Source of the DNA: an uncultured delta proteobacterium
GTDB taxonomy: Bacteria; Desulfobacterota; Desulfuromonadia; Desulfuromonadales; JACZKF01
NCBI GenBank assembly: GCA_963816395.1
Contig: CAWFKQ010000007.1
Span: 96,001 to 160,000, forward strand
Length of the DNA: 64,000 nt
Direction: 5' to 3'
Positions 51,208 to 61,227 of the stretch are shown one piece after another. Each line of letters starts with the position of its first letter. Positions within the stretch are counted from its first letter, which is position 1. The notes below the pieces were generated by a model that was given only the letters and a program-made list of their open reading frames with translations, made no database searches and was not told the DNA's origin. The translations under genes were made by a program, and so were the position numbers.

Positions 51208-52169
51208 TCAAAGGCCCTGCCCTATCCTCTCCAGAATAGCCGCCGCGAGCAGCGGAACCATGATTTCATGATGTCCGGTGACGGTAAAACCGCGGCCGCT
51301 GCCGGAGGTCGGGCGTCTGACCACGTTGGTTATTGGCCGGTAGTGCTGGATCATATCGAAGTTGGCGGTGGTGAAATCCTCCACCGGATGTCCGAGATTC
51401 CGGGCAATGGAGAGCGCCTTGAGAAAGACTTCCGGCAGCAGCACCGCCGAACCGACATTGAGCCACACCCCGCCGCCGCCGAGATCGGCCACCACCGAGG
51501 TCAGCAGGCGGAAGTCGCGGAAGGTCATCTCGCCGGTGACCGCGCCGTCGGCCTCCGGGTGCTGGTGGATGATGTCGGTGCCGATCGCCACATGCACGGT
51601 CACCGGGATTTCCCTTGCGACGCAGGCGGCGAGCAGGCTGAATTCCCGGTGCGGGTGCCGGTCGGCAAGAATGCGCCGGCCGAGGGCTTCACCGTAGCCC
51701 AATGGCGGTCGGCAGCGCCTCCTTCAGGATGCGGTTCATCCCGCCGCCGGTCTCCTCGGCGAAACCGAAGTCCCCCGAATGCAGAACCTCGCCGACCTCC
51801 TCCGAGGTGGCCCCGATCAGGGAGACCTCGAAGTCATGGATGGCGGCCGAACCGTTCATCGCCACGGCGGTGATGACATCGGCGTCGATCAGGTTCTTCA
51901 GCACCGGCTGCAGGCCGCACTTGATCACATGCCCGCCCGTAGCCAGAACCACCGGCCGCCCTTTCGCCCGTCGCCCGCAGTATGGCATCGACCACGCCGC
52001 GCAGGCTGTCCGCCCCGAGCAGGCGCGGCAAGGCGCCGAAAAAGGCGTCGAAGCTCATCCCCGCCCGCAGCGGCCGGGCGAAATGCTCGTCGATATTGAC
52101 CTTGTTGTTCCGCTCCCGCAGGGAATAGGTGCGGATACCTGCCAGGTCGACGGGACGATATTTTTTCAT
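51208..52169 (-). CDS. Uncharacterised deoxyhypusine-synthase-like protein (two frameshifts)
   Basis: GGHVIK.GL...L..LI....ITAVAMNG...IHDFE, SLL..C....IPVTVH.AIGTDI, LNVGSAV; three fragments between gmhA and hldE. Confidence 0.7.
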
Positions 52170-52736
52170 TCTCCGACTTCCCGCTCTACCAGGCTGCAGA
52201 GGATGTGCAGGATGGTGATGTGCGCTTCCTGGATGTGCGGGGTCTCCTCCACCGGCACGGTCAGGTTGAGATCGACGATGCCGGCAATGTTGCCGCCCTG
52301 CCGCCCCAGCAGACCCACCGTCCGGCAGCCGATCTTGTTAGCGGCGGTGAGGGCGTGAAAAACGTTGTTGGAATGGCCGCTGGTGGAGATCCCGAATACC
52401 ACGTCCCCTGGCTGCGCCAGGGCCTCCACCTGCCGCTTGAAGACCTCGTCATACCCGAAATCGTTGCCTACAGCGGTGAGGATCGAGGTATCGGTGGTCA
52501 GGGCGATCGCCGGCTAGCGCCTGCCGTTTGCGGAGAAAGCGTCCGACCAGCTCGGCGGCGAAATGCTGGGCGTCGGCAGCGGAGCCGCCGTTGCCCATGA
52601 TCAGCACCTTCTTCCCCTGGCGCAGGGCCTCAGCCAGCATCCGGGCGCAGTCGCCGATACCGGCCACCAGATCCCGTCTCACCTTCTGCAGTGTTTCCTC
52701 ATGCCCCCGCAGATAACTATCGATGAAATCATTCAT
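52166..52736 (-). CDS. gmhA: Phosphoheptose isomerase (frameshift near 52515)
   Basis: [35 protein letters not shown]. Confidence 0.94.
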
Positions 52737-52814
52737 TTCTCATCCCTTCCCGAAGAGAAGCGAAAAGCCACGGAGCGGACTACGGATCGGCGGCTCCAGG
52801 TCCTGGAGACGACA

Positions 52815-53759
52815 CTACCGCAAGTGCTCCCGGTACCAGGCGATGGAGCGCTCCAGCCCCTCTGAGAACCGGATGCTGCCGCCGTAGCCGAGGAGACGCC
52901 GGGCCTTGTCGATGTCGGCCAGGCTGTCGCGGACATCCCCCGCCCGCGGCGGTCCGTGCACGGCCTGGATGTCGGTACCGAGGAAGCGCTGCAGCTCGGC
53001 ATAGAGCCGGTTCAAGGAGGTCCGCTCGCCGCAGGCGACGTTGAAAACCTCCCCCACCGCCTCCGCGGGAGCGGTGCAGGCGAGGAGATTGGCTTCGACG
53101 GCGTTGGCCACGTAGGTGAAATCCCGCGTCTGTTCCCCATCGCCGTGGATGACGGGGGCACGGCCCCGCAGCAGGGCGCTGACGAAGCGGGGGATGACCG
53201 CCGCATACTGCGATTCGGGATCCTGGCGCGGGCCGAAGACGTTGAAGTAGCGCAGTCCGATCGTCTCCAGTCCGTAGCAGCGGCCGAAGACGGCGGCGTA
53301 AAGCTCGTCGGCGTACTTGGTGACGGCATAGGGGGAAAGGGGTCGGCCGATGCGCTCCTCGACCTTCGGCAGTCCCGGATGGTCGCCGTAGGTGGAAGAG
53401 GAGGCGGCATAGACGAAGCGCCTCACCCCGGCATCCCGCGCCGCCAGCAGCATCTTGACGGTGCCGGTGACGTTGACCTCATGGCTGGTCAGGGGGTCTT
53501 CGACTGAGCGCGGAACGCTTCCCAGTGCCGCCTGGTGAAGAACATAGTCGACGCCCCGGCAGACGCTGCCGGCAGGTCTCCAGATCGCGGATGTCCCCTT
53601 CGATGAAGATCGATCCGGTCCATAACATGGGTCAGATTTTCCCGCTTGCCGGTAGCGAAATTGTCGAGAACTCGCACGCGATCGCCTTGAGCCGAGAAGT
53701 GCATCCACCATATGGGAGCCGATGAAGCCGGCGCCACCGGAGACAAGATAATGAGCCAA
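52815..53759 (-). CDS. UDP-GlcNAc(A) 4-epimerase, WbpP/TviC-like SDR (compensating indels near N-terminus)
   Basis: GGAGFIGS, HQAALGSVPRS, YAVTK, LRYFNVFGPRQDP...YAAVIP. Confidence 0.9.
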   Translation of the reverse strand: MAHYLVSGGAGFIGSHMVDALLGSRRSRASSRQFRYRQAGKSDPCYGPDRSSSKGTSAIWRPAGSVCRGVDYVLHQAALGSVPRSVEDPLTSHEVNVTGTVKMLLAARDAGVRRFVYAASSSTYGDHPGLPKVEERIGRPLSPYAVTKYADELYAAVFGRCYGLETIGLRYFNVFGPRQDPESQYAAVIPRFVSALLRGRAPVIHGDGEQTRDFTYVANAVEANLLACTAPAEAVGEVFNVACGERTSLNRLYAELQRFLGTDIQAVHGPPRAGDVRDSLADIDKARRLLGYGGSIRFSEGLERSIAWYREHLR

Positions 53760-53760
53760 G

Positions 53761-55092
53761 CTATCCTCCTGAGGAAAAGCAGTCGAACCTTCGGGAAACT
53801 TTGAAGATTCCTGAATAAGAGAGTCCCAGAAACAGGCTCAGATACGAACGTCCCATATGATCGAGCCGATCATTGACAGCCGTGCAGATGGCGAACAAGA
53901 GCAGAGCGCCAAAGATAAAAAAGGCGGTATCCGCAGTCAGCCAACCGGAGCGAAGACCGGCCCGCCAGCCTCGCAAGATGAGCACGACAGCTGCGGCAAA
54001 GAAGAGAAAGCCGATTACCCCCATCCGCACCAGCACCTCGAGATAGGTGTTATGGAAGTTACGGGCATTGGAAATGGGATACCTGGCCCACAGAGGTGCC
54101 AGCATGAAGGTGGTCTGTCTGGTTCCCCAGCCGGTCCAGGGACGCTGGTTCCACCGAGCCGCCCCTTCCCGCCACACGACCAACCTGGTACCGTATGAGG
54201 ATAATTTTTCCGGTTGGTATTCGGTGGCCGTCAGAGTCTTGACGATAGCCTCCCGATCATCCTCAAACCGCTCGTTATTTATCAGTTTCGGAGCAAGCGC
54301 CGCAAGTAAAGCCGCCAGAAGACACCCCAGAATACCGATGCCCATAAGGGGGATTCGCAGCGGCGGGAGCCCTCCAGTCTTCCTCGCCCGCCAATAATAG
54401 CCGAAGAGCGCGACCGGGTAAACCATGGCGCAGGCGATCCAGGTACTTCGTGAGAGGGAGAGAACAATCCCCGTGAGGGCAAGCGCGGAAGCCGCCAGCC
54501 ACACCCAGAATCGCCAGCTTGCATACCAAGGCCTATCTCCTGCCCGAAGCCAGCGGATTGCCGCAAATGTAAGTCCGAGGAGAACAGCCGCGCAGTATAG
54601 ACCGAAGGCGTTGATCGGCATGCCGAAATCGAGCCGGTTCACGGGCCACCCGGCCCATGAGACTTTCGGGTAGTTATGCAGTACGCCGAGGAAGAACCCC
54701 GAAATGACCAGTGCGGGGAAAAGATTGAGCATGCGAGGGGATGCCGGCAGGAGATAGGCAATCAGCAGGGCAAAAACCAGCGTCCCCAGATAACCCCAGG
54801 CGCCCGCGATCTGCTGTCCCCAGGTCCCCGGGAAAATCGTCTGCACATGGGAGCTGAGCCAGAGAAGATAGGCCGTGAATCCGAGGAGAGCCCAGAACAA
54901 TCCGCTTTTCGCGACCAGCCCTCCGTTCCGGCGCAGAGAGCCTGCGGCGGCAATCACTATCAGCACCTTCCCCAGACTGACCAGGAAGGTACTCAGGAAC
55001 AACCCGAACGCGAAAACCGCCAGCCCGGCAAGGCCGCAGGTGCCGAAAATGTTCAGGCTCTGGTGAAATGGATCTCTCAGCTCAAGCCGCAA
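53761..55092 (-). CDS. waaL: O-antigen ligase family protein
   Basis: About 12 TM segments; SRS.W, R...W, P.TGWG, HNTYLE.LV..G.IG. Confidence 0.8.
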   Translation of the reverse strand: MRLELRDPFHQSLNIFGTCGLAGLAVFAFGLFLSTFLVSLGKVLIVIAAAGSLRRNGGLVAKSGLFWALLGFTAYLLWLSSHVQTIFPGTWGQQIAGAWGYLGTLVFALLIAYLLPASPRMLNLFPALVISGFFLGVLHNYPKVSWAGWPVNRLDFGMPINAFGLYCAAVLLGLTFAAIRWLRAGDRPWYASWRFWVWLAASALALTGIVLSLSRSTWIACAMVYPVALFGYYWRARKTGGLPPLRIPLMGIGILGCLLAALLAALAPKLINNERFEDDREAIVKTLTATEYQPEKLSSYGTRLVVWREGAARWNQRPWTGWGTRQTTFMLAPLWARYPISNARNFHNTYLEVLVRMGVIGFLFFAAAVVLILRGWRAGLRSGWLTADTAFFIFGALLLFAICTAVNDRLDHMGRSYLSLFLGLSYSGIFKVSRRFDCFSSGG

Positions 55093-55106
55093 GGCATGAA
55101 TTCCTC

Positions 55107-55763
55107 TCAGCTGTCGAACCGGTAAGCAAACATCTCGATATCCTTGCGAAAATACTCCTCGACAAGGGCGGCGGTGGCATCAGTGTAATAGCTGCGGAAG
55201 TCGGTGCGGTCCCTGGCCTGCCTCTTGTGGGCCAGGGGCGGAGCCGGAATGCCTATTTTACGGCAGATCTGCTGAAAGTCATCCGCCAGGTTTTCATAGC
55301 GTCCGATAAAGTCGATGATGGTGTTTCCATGCAGATCCACAAGGTAATCTGACTGCAGCTCGATGGAAGTATCGATATGGAACTGGTAGGGGCGCTGCGG
55401 ATCGAGTTTCCAGCGCAAAAAGGTTTCGAAATCCTCGATGCCCTGCATGAGATGCGGTCGTTCCCGCCGGATGTGATGAAAGGAGCTCACCTGCAGGTCC
55501 CAGGGGTTGCGAACGAAAGCGAATTTGAACAGGGAGTTGTAGAACTCGCGCGGCAGCATCTCATAGGCGGCGACCGCCTTGGCGTGGCGTGGGATCTTGC
55601 AGCCCAACCGGTGCCCGGACAGGTGGCTGATCCGGCTGCAGAGGAATGCCGGCCAGTACCAGGGATCGCGCCAGCGATAACGCTCCAGGGTGGAACGGAC
55701 GCTGGTGCCGCCGGTCTTGGCGATATGGACAAAGAGAAACCCGTATTTTACGGAAATCACCAT
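55107..55763 (-). CDS. Sulfotransferase family 2 protein
   Basis: FVHIAKTGGTS (5'-PSB), FAFVRNPWD..VS (3'-PB), FIGRYENL..DF. Confidence 0.85.
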   Translation of the reverse strand: MVISVKYGFLFVHIAKTGGTSVRSTLERYRWRDPWYWPAFLCSRISHLSGHRLGCKIPRHAKAVAAYEMLPREFYNSLFKFAFVRNPWDLQVSSFHHIRRERPHLMQGIEDFETFLRWKLDPQRPYQFHIDTSIELQSDYLVDLHGNTIIDFIGRYENLADDFQQICRKIGIPAPPLAHKRQARDRTDFRSYYTDATAALVEEYFRKDIEMFAYRFDS

Positions 55764-56887
55764 GTGTTCTCCTTCGAGATATCAGGACCGATCAGCATTT
55801 CAAGGTAGCGGCGGCTGCTTTCCTCCATGCTATAGGCGGCAGCTGCCTGCCGCAAGCAATCGGCCGCCAATGGAGCGGTCATAACCTGCACAATAGCCTC
55901 GGCCATCTTTCGAGAATCTCCGATCGGAACCAGCGGCCCGAAGCGCCCTTCGGCGAGAATTTCCCGCGGTCCGCTCGGGCAATCAGTCGCCACAACCGGC
56001 ACCCCAAGCGCCAGCGCCTCCGTGAGCGCGTTGGGGGAACCTTCCCAGGCTGAGGAAAGGACGAAAAGTGAAGCACGGGCGAGATATTTGTAAGGATTGG
56101 CGGCAAAGCCAGGGAAATCGACGGCATCGGCAATGCCGAGGTCGGCGGCAAGGGACAGCAAATCAGCCCGACTGCGCCCATTCCCGAGAATGATCAGGCG
56201 GCAGAGCCGTTCGCGTCGCACCAGCGCGAAGGCCTTGAGCAGGGTCGGGAAATCTTTCTGACGGGTAAACCGTCCTACCCCCATGATCACCGGCACCTCG
56301 CCCGCGACCAGCCAGGGGTGATCGACAGGCTCCGCCGCCAAGGTCTGCAAACGGGGAGTAATGACCGGATTGCGGATCACCTGGAAGCGCGCCAACGGCA
56401 GACGGGTGATCGCCGCCAGATCCTTGGCGACGCCATCTGAAACCGCGACAACCCCATCAAAATGCGGATAAAAAAGGCGCATCGGCAGATGCCAGGTCCA
56501 CTTGCGCAGACGGCTGCGTCCCTCAAGGGCGGCCGACAGCGTCGTCCCGATCCGCACCACCACCCGGGTCGGAACGCGGGCGAGCCATCTCGCCGCCAGC
56601 GCCGTCCGTCCGGCCCGCTCCTTGGCGGCCAGGAGAGCCACCGGCCGCTCCCGGCGCAGGTAGCGGGCAAGCTCCAGGACACTGCCGAGAGTGTGCCCGG
56701 CGCGTGGCGAGATGACCCGCACGGCAGCTGGAAGCTCCTCCAGGTGCGCGCTCACCGATTTGACCAGCACCAGGTCAAGGCGGCAGCCGCGCTGCGCCAA
56801 CCCTTTACAGAGATTGACGATCATCCGCTCGACCCCGCCCTGACCGGAGAAGGAGGCAAAAACAGCGATGCGGGGTTGCTCAGGCAT
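55757..56887 (-). CDS. GT4 glycosyltransferase
   Basis: GGVER, VGR..RQKDF, EGSPNAL.EA, TDCPSGPREIL. Confidence 0.9.
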   Translation of the reverse strand: MPEQPRIAVFASFSGQGGVERMIVNLCKGLAQRGCRLDLVLVKSVSAHLEELPAAVRVISPRAGHTLGSVLELARYLRRERPVALLAAKERAGRTALAARWLARVPTRVVVRIGTTLSAALEGRSRLRKWTWHLPMRLFYPHFDGVVAVSDGVAKDLAAITRLPLARFQVIRNPVITPRLQTLAAEPVDHPWLVAGEVPVIMGVGRFTRQKDFPTLLKAFALVRRERLCRLIILGNGRSRADLLSLAADLGIADAVDFPGFAANPYKYLARASLFVLSSAWEGSPNALTEALALGVPVVATDCPSGPREILAEGRFGPLVPIGDSRKMAEAIVQVMTAPLAADCLRQAAAAYSMEESSRRYLEMLIGPDISKENTW

Positions 56888-57983
56888 TTTCAAATCCCAC
56901 AGCATGGAGATAACAATCGGCGCTGGCGGCAACCTGGAAAGGCTCGGCCCCCGCCCGCAGCACCGCCGGCAGCGGGGGTTGGAGAAGAACGCTCTGCATG
57001 GCCCGGGCGAGGGCCTCGACATCACCGATCGGCACCAATGGTCCCAGCCGTCCTCCCTGCAGGATCTCCCGAGGGCCGCTCGGGCAATCGGTCGCAACGA
57101 CAGGAGCGCCGCAGGCCAACGCCTCCATCAGCACCACCGGTGACCCTTCACAGCGCGAGGCAAGGACGAAGAGCGCCGCCCGGCTCATGAAAGCATAGGG
57201 GTTGGCAACGAAACCGGGCAGACTGACGGCTGACTTCACCCCGAGGGAAGCCGCCAGACTTTCCAGTTCCTGACGCTTGCGCCCCTCGCCGAGAATCAGC
57301 AGTCGGCACTCCATTTCCTTCCGCAAGCGGGCAAATGCCTGAAGCAAGGTGGCGAAATCCTTGCGCTCGCACAACTCTCCAACCCCCAGAACGACCGGTG
57401 GGCCGCCGTCATTGAACCAGGGATGTTCGGCTGCTTCCCGCGCTTTCGCCTGCAACCCCGCGTGCACGATCGGACTCGGAACCACCCTGACTATCTCCGG
57501 CCGCAGTCGGCCGATGCGGATAATATCCTCGGCGGCGCCGCAGGAGGGCACCAGAACGGCATCAGCCCACGGATAAAACCAGCGAATGGAGCCGTATTGC
57601 AGACTCCGCTCCAGGCGCCCGCGCTTGGCCAGGTTTTCCGAGACGGTAGTGCCCATGCGCACCGCCACCCGGGTCGCCACTCCTGCCACCTTTCTTGCCC
57701 AGAGCGCCAATCGGTTCAGCCGGTCCTTGTCGCTGAGCAGAACCCGCGGCTTTTCCCGCCGCAGATATTTCACCAGCGGCAGAAAGCAGCTGTTCACATG
57801 GGCGGCACCCAGGGGGAAGAGGCGAACGTTGGGCGGCAACTCCGGCAGGTGCGGTCCGTGCCCCTCGATCCGCAGCACGTCTATCCGCAGCCCCCGACGA
57901 GCCAATTCCCCGATGAGGTTGCCCATCACCCGGTCCACTCCACTATGCCCGGAGGTGGCCAGGAAGAAGGCGAGATCCGTCAT
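56880..57983 (-). CDS. GT4 glycosyltransferase
   Basis: SGVDR, KDF.TLL.AFA, EGSPVVLMEA, TDCPSGPREIL. Confidence 0.9.
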   Translation of the reverse strand: MTDLAFFLATSGHSGVDRVMGNLIGELARRGLRIDVLRIEGHGPHLPELPPNVRLFPLGAAHVNSCFLPLVKYLRREKPRVLLSDKDRLNRLALWARKVAGVATRVAVRMGTTVSENLAKRGRLERSLQYGSIRWFYPWADAVLVPSCGAAEDIIRIGRLRPEIVRVVPSPIVHAGLQAKAREAAEHPWFNDGGPPVVLGVGELCERKDFATLLQAFARLRKEMECRLLILGEGRKRQELESLAASLGVKSAVSLPGFVANPYAFMSRAALFVLASRCEGSPVVLMEALACGAPVVATDCPSGPREILQGGRLGPLVPIGDVEALARAMQSVLLQPPLPAVLRAGAEPFQVAASADCYLHAVGFENA

Positions 57984-59119
57984 GTACGCCCTCCCTTGGC
58001 AGGTGAGCCGATTGCCTCCAGATAGGCGAGGGCACAAAGATCGGTCCGAAATCGCTTTCCACCCTCCCGCAGCTTTTCTCTCGGCAGCGGATCGTTCAGG
58101 ACCTCAGCAATGGACTTGGCCAGCGCTTCCGGGTCCCCGACCGGCACCAGCGGTCCGTAGCGGCCATCGTCGAGGATCTCTTTCGCCCCGCCGGGACAGT
58201 CGGTGGCTACGGCGGGAACTCCCAGGGCGAGGGCCTGGATCAACACATTCGGCGAGCCTTCCCAGGCGGACGAGAGAACGAAAACCGCGGCCCGCCCCAT
58301 GTACCGGAAAGGATTGGCGATGAATCCGGGCAGTTCCATATCCTCCCGAACCCCCATTTCTGCCGCCAGCTTCAGCAAGTCTCCGCGTTCTTTCCCCTCA
58401 CCCAGGATCATCAGGCGGCAGTGCCGCTCCTGTCGTACTCGGGCAAAAGCGCGGATGAGGGTGGGGAAGTCTTTCTGCCGGGCGAGCCGGCCGACACCGA
58501 TCAGCACGGGAGGCGCGCCGGGAGCGAACCAGGGGTGTTCGACAGGCTGCTCCGCCTGATCCTGGAGATCATCGGAGACGGTCGGATTGGCCAAAACCGT
58601 AATCCGGCCGGGGGGGATGCCGAGCACGGTCTCGATATCCATGGCAACGCCGCCGGCATTGGCGATGATGAGGTCCGCCCGATGATAGCAGTACCGCATC
58701 GACCAGTGCCGCAGCAGCCTTTTGGGCAGACTGCGCCGCTCCAGTGCGGCGGAGATAGCCATCCCCACCCGGAAAATCAGCCTTACCGGCACCCCGCTCA
58801 CCTGCCGGGCCACGACAGCGACCCGGTTGGCAGGTTCCCGGTTGGCCAGCAGGGCGAAAGGGCTCTCCTTTTGGAAATAGCTGACCAACGCCCGGATGCG
58901 GCGCCATTCATTCCCCTGCCCGAGGGTGACCACGCGAATCCCCGGAGAGAGTCTGGACAGTTCGGGGATATTGGTAGCATGGAGAAGGATATCGACCGCA
59001 ACTCCCCTGGCCGCCACGGCGTTCATGAGGTTCAGCATGACATGGCTGATCCCCCCCTCCCCGCCGCGGAAGCCGTAGAAAGCGATCCTGTCTGGGAATG
59101 AGCCCACTCTCTCGTTCAC
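57980..59119 (-). CDS. GT4 glycosyltransferase
   Basis: VGRLARQKDF, EGSPNVLIQA, TDCPGG..EIL. Confidence 0.9.
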   Translation of the reverse strand: MNERVGSFPDRIAFYGFRGGEGGISHVMLNLMNAVAARGVAVDILLHATNIPELSRLSPGIRVVTLGQGNEWRRIRALVSYFQKESPFALLANREPANRVAVVARQVSGVPVRLIFRVGMAISAALERRSLPKRLLRHWSMRYCYHRADLIIANAGGVAMDIETVLGIPPGRITVLANPTVSDDLQDQAEQPVEHPWFAPGAPPVLIGVGRLARQKDFPTLIRAFARVRQERHCRLMILGEGKERGDLLKLAAEMGVREDMELPGFIANPFRYMGRAAVFVLSSAWEGSPNVLIQALALGVPAVATDCPGGAKEILDDGRYGPLVPVGDPEALAKSIAEVLNDPLPREKLREGGKRFRTDLCALAYLEAIGSPAKGGRT

Positions 59120-59182
59120 GATCCTTGCCTCTAAAATCCGAGCAACCGAAAATGCTGTCCAAGTACGTCTTTCCCCTCGAGT

Positions 59183-60265
59183 CTATCTCCAGCCGAAGCC
59201 ACCGGCGATCTTTTCCACTCGGGATCGCCAGCTATACCGTTTAGACGCCTTCCTGGCGTTTTCTGCCAACCGGAGTGCCAGCGCCGGCTCCTCGCGCAAC
59301 CGGCCGATCGCCATTGCCCAGGCGTCGGCCGCTGCAGGTGGCACCAGCAGGCCGGTCTCCCCGTCCCGGATAACCTCCCGGATGGCAGGAAGAGCACTGG
59401 CAATGATCGGCCGGCCGGCAGCCATCGCCTCGAACAGTTTGAGAGGGCTGATGGAATTCGCATGCCGCAGTTCATCCTGGTAAGGCAGGAGTACGATGTC
59501 CGTCCTGGCATACCAGCCGGGCACTTCCCGGTGGGGGACGACGGGATGGACCTCAAAAAAGGGGCTCGGCGCCAATTCCTCTTCAGCCTCCCCCACCAGC
59601 ACAATGGTCGCCAGTTGGCGCCGGGCGATTTCCCGGAAGATATCAAGGCCGCGGCTTCGGCTCAGGCGCCCGAGGTAGGTGACTGTCGGCTGCGCCAGCC
59701 GCCCTGGATCGAGGACCGGCACGGCCTCAAAAGCGGAAAGGTCGACACCGCAGGGGCTTACCGTCATCCGCTCGGGCGCCGCGCCCCATTCTTGCAGGAT
59801 GCCGGCGGCGGTTTCGCTAATGGGAAAGAAGCGTTGCACCATCCCCTGGCGATAATGCTCGATGATTCTCCGATAGGCCGGGCCATCGACGAGTCCCCGC
59901 GCCTCGTGAACCTCCAGGGAGTGCGGAATCCGCGCCTCGGCAAGAAGGAGACTGAGGTCGGGAGATCGCACATAAACGGCATCGGCACGAAGCATTGCCG
60001 CTCGCTTCAGAAGACAGAACAGGCGGCCGCCCCATGGCTGCCAGGCAGAATGCAGTAGCCGCGTTCCCCGGAGGTCAAGGGAATGATGGATACCGAAACC
60101 GGCCAACCGTTCCTTCACCACCAGCTCTTTTCGCCACGGGGGAAGATAAAGGGCGACCTGGACCCCCAGCTGATCGAAAGCGGCAACGGTGTGGAGCGTC
60201 TGCAGGAGATTGGCCCGGTTTCGGTGCAGTCGGCTCCGGCTGAGATAAATAAGGCGTTTCTGCAT
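59183..60265 (-). CDS. GT4 glycosyltransferase
   Basis: Y.GRL...RG, SPLKLFEAMAAG.PIIAS. Confidence 0.88.
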   Translation of the reverse strand: MQKRLIYLSRSRLHRNRANLLQTLHTVAAFDQLGVQVALYLPPWRKELVVKERLAGFGIHHSLDLRGTRLLHSAWQPWGGRLFCLLKRAAMLRADAVYVRSPDLSLLLAEARIPHSLEVHEARGLVDGPAYRRIIEHYRQGMVQRFFPISETAAGILQEWGAAPERMTVSPCGVDLSAFEAVPVLDPGRLAQPTVTYLGRLSRSRGLDIFREIARRQLATIVLVGEAEEELAPSPFFEVHPVVPHREVPGWYARTDIVLLPYQDELRHANSISPLKLFEAMAAGRPIIASALPAIREVIRDGETGLLVPPAAADAWAMAIGRLREEPALALRLAENARKASKRYSWRSRVEKIAGGFGWR

Positions 60266-60339
60266 AATCCCCAGGTCTTACCTGTCCCTTTCGCTACAAT
60301 GACGCAGTCTCCCAAGGGAACCTTAGCCGAAAAAAGATT

Positions 60340-61227
60340 TTAGTTTATCCTTGAAACCGCGGGGCTTCCTTTAGGTTTCTTATTGACTTCTCTTTCTTTC
60401 AGCACATCCACGCGCCATTCATAACCGAAGTGCTCCGCCGTCCGCCTGACCTGCTCTTCAAATTCCATTTTGTCCTTTTCGCTCCAATCCAGCACGGAGG
60501 GTTTTTTCCGGAATGCGTTGGGCTTCTGGTCGGCAACCGCTTTGAATTGCGTTTCGGTAATTCGCGCAGAGAATCCAAGGAATTTGCAGAGATCCTGATA
60601 AGCCTGGAAATTCAAATCCTCGAGTTTCTGGATGTGCCGATGGTTGTGGGGAAGCTGGTCAAACTGACGCAGCACCTCGTTGTTGAGGGTCGCCCAGAAC
60701 CAGGCAAGTTTTCCCACCCGACCGAATCCTTTCCACTGTTCATAAAAATCGCCTTTGGGCACGGTTCGTCCCAAGAAATGATGAAAGCGGCTCAGGTCCT
60801 GGTAGCCAAGAGCCTGGTTCGGGTTTTCATAAAAAATCTCCTCGGCATACCACCCTTTCTCAAGGTAGGAATTAACGACCTTTTCCGGAGACCGGACCAT
60901 CAGTATGAAGTTCCCCTTGAATCGCTCGAAAAGCGGCAGAACGGATAGACTCAGAAATGCGCTGGCCTCAAAAGAGAAAGCATTTTGGCTCAGGTCGTTT
61001 TTGATCTCTTTTGTTTTTTCGGCCAGGAACCCCTCGTGATCGACAGGCAGTTGATACCACTGGCAGTAACGATGAAAGGTTTCGTTGAGGTTGTTGCGTT
61101 CATGGCAAGCGGCAATCTGCGGCTCAAGGGCAACGACTTCAAAAATGAATCGGGTGCCGCAGCGCCCCGTCCCAACGGCAAACCCCACCTTGTTCCGGTA
61201 TTCTTCCTGCGTCAATTCAGAGTTCAT
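60340..61227 (-). CDS. Sulfotransferase-like protein (lower GC)
   Basis: GTGRCGT, HE, ILMVRSP..VVNS, LEDL. Confidence 0.65.
   Translation of the reverse strand: MNSELTQEEYRNKVGFAVGTGRCGTRFIFEVVALEPQIAACHERNNLNETFHRYCQWYQLPVDHEGFLAEKTKEIKNDLSQNAFSFEASAFLSLSVLPLFERFKGNFILMVRSPEKVVNSYLEKGWYAEEIFYENPNQALGYQDLSRFHHFLGRTVPKGDFYEQWKGFGRVGKLAWFWATLNNEVLRQFDQLPHNHRHIQKLEDLNFQAYQDLCKFLGFSARITETQFKAVADQKPNAFRKKPSVLDWSEKDKMEFEEQVRRTAEHFGYEWRVDVLKEREVNKKPKGSPAVSRIN

Noticed and set aside
7417..52736. Calling the split genes true pseudogenes or programmed frameshifts
   Set aside because: Indel-only pattern across essential genes with compensating pairs fits sequencing error better.
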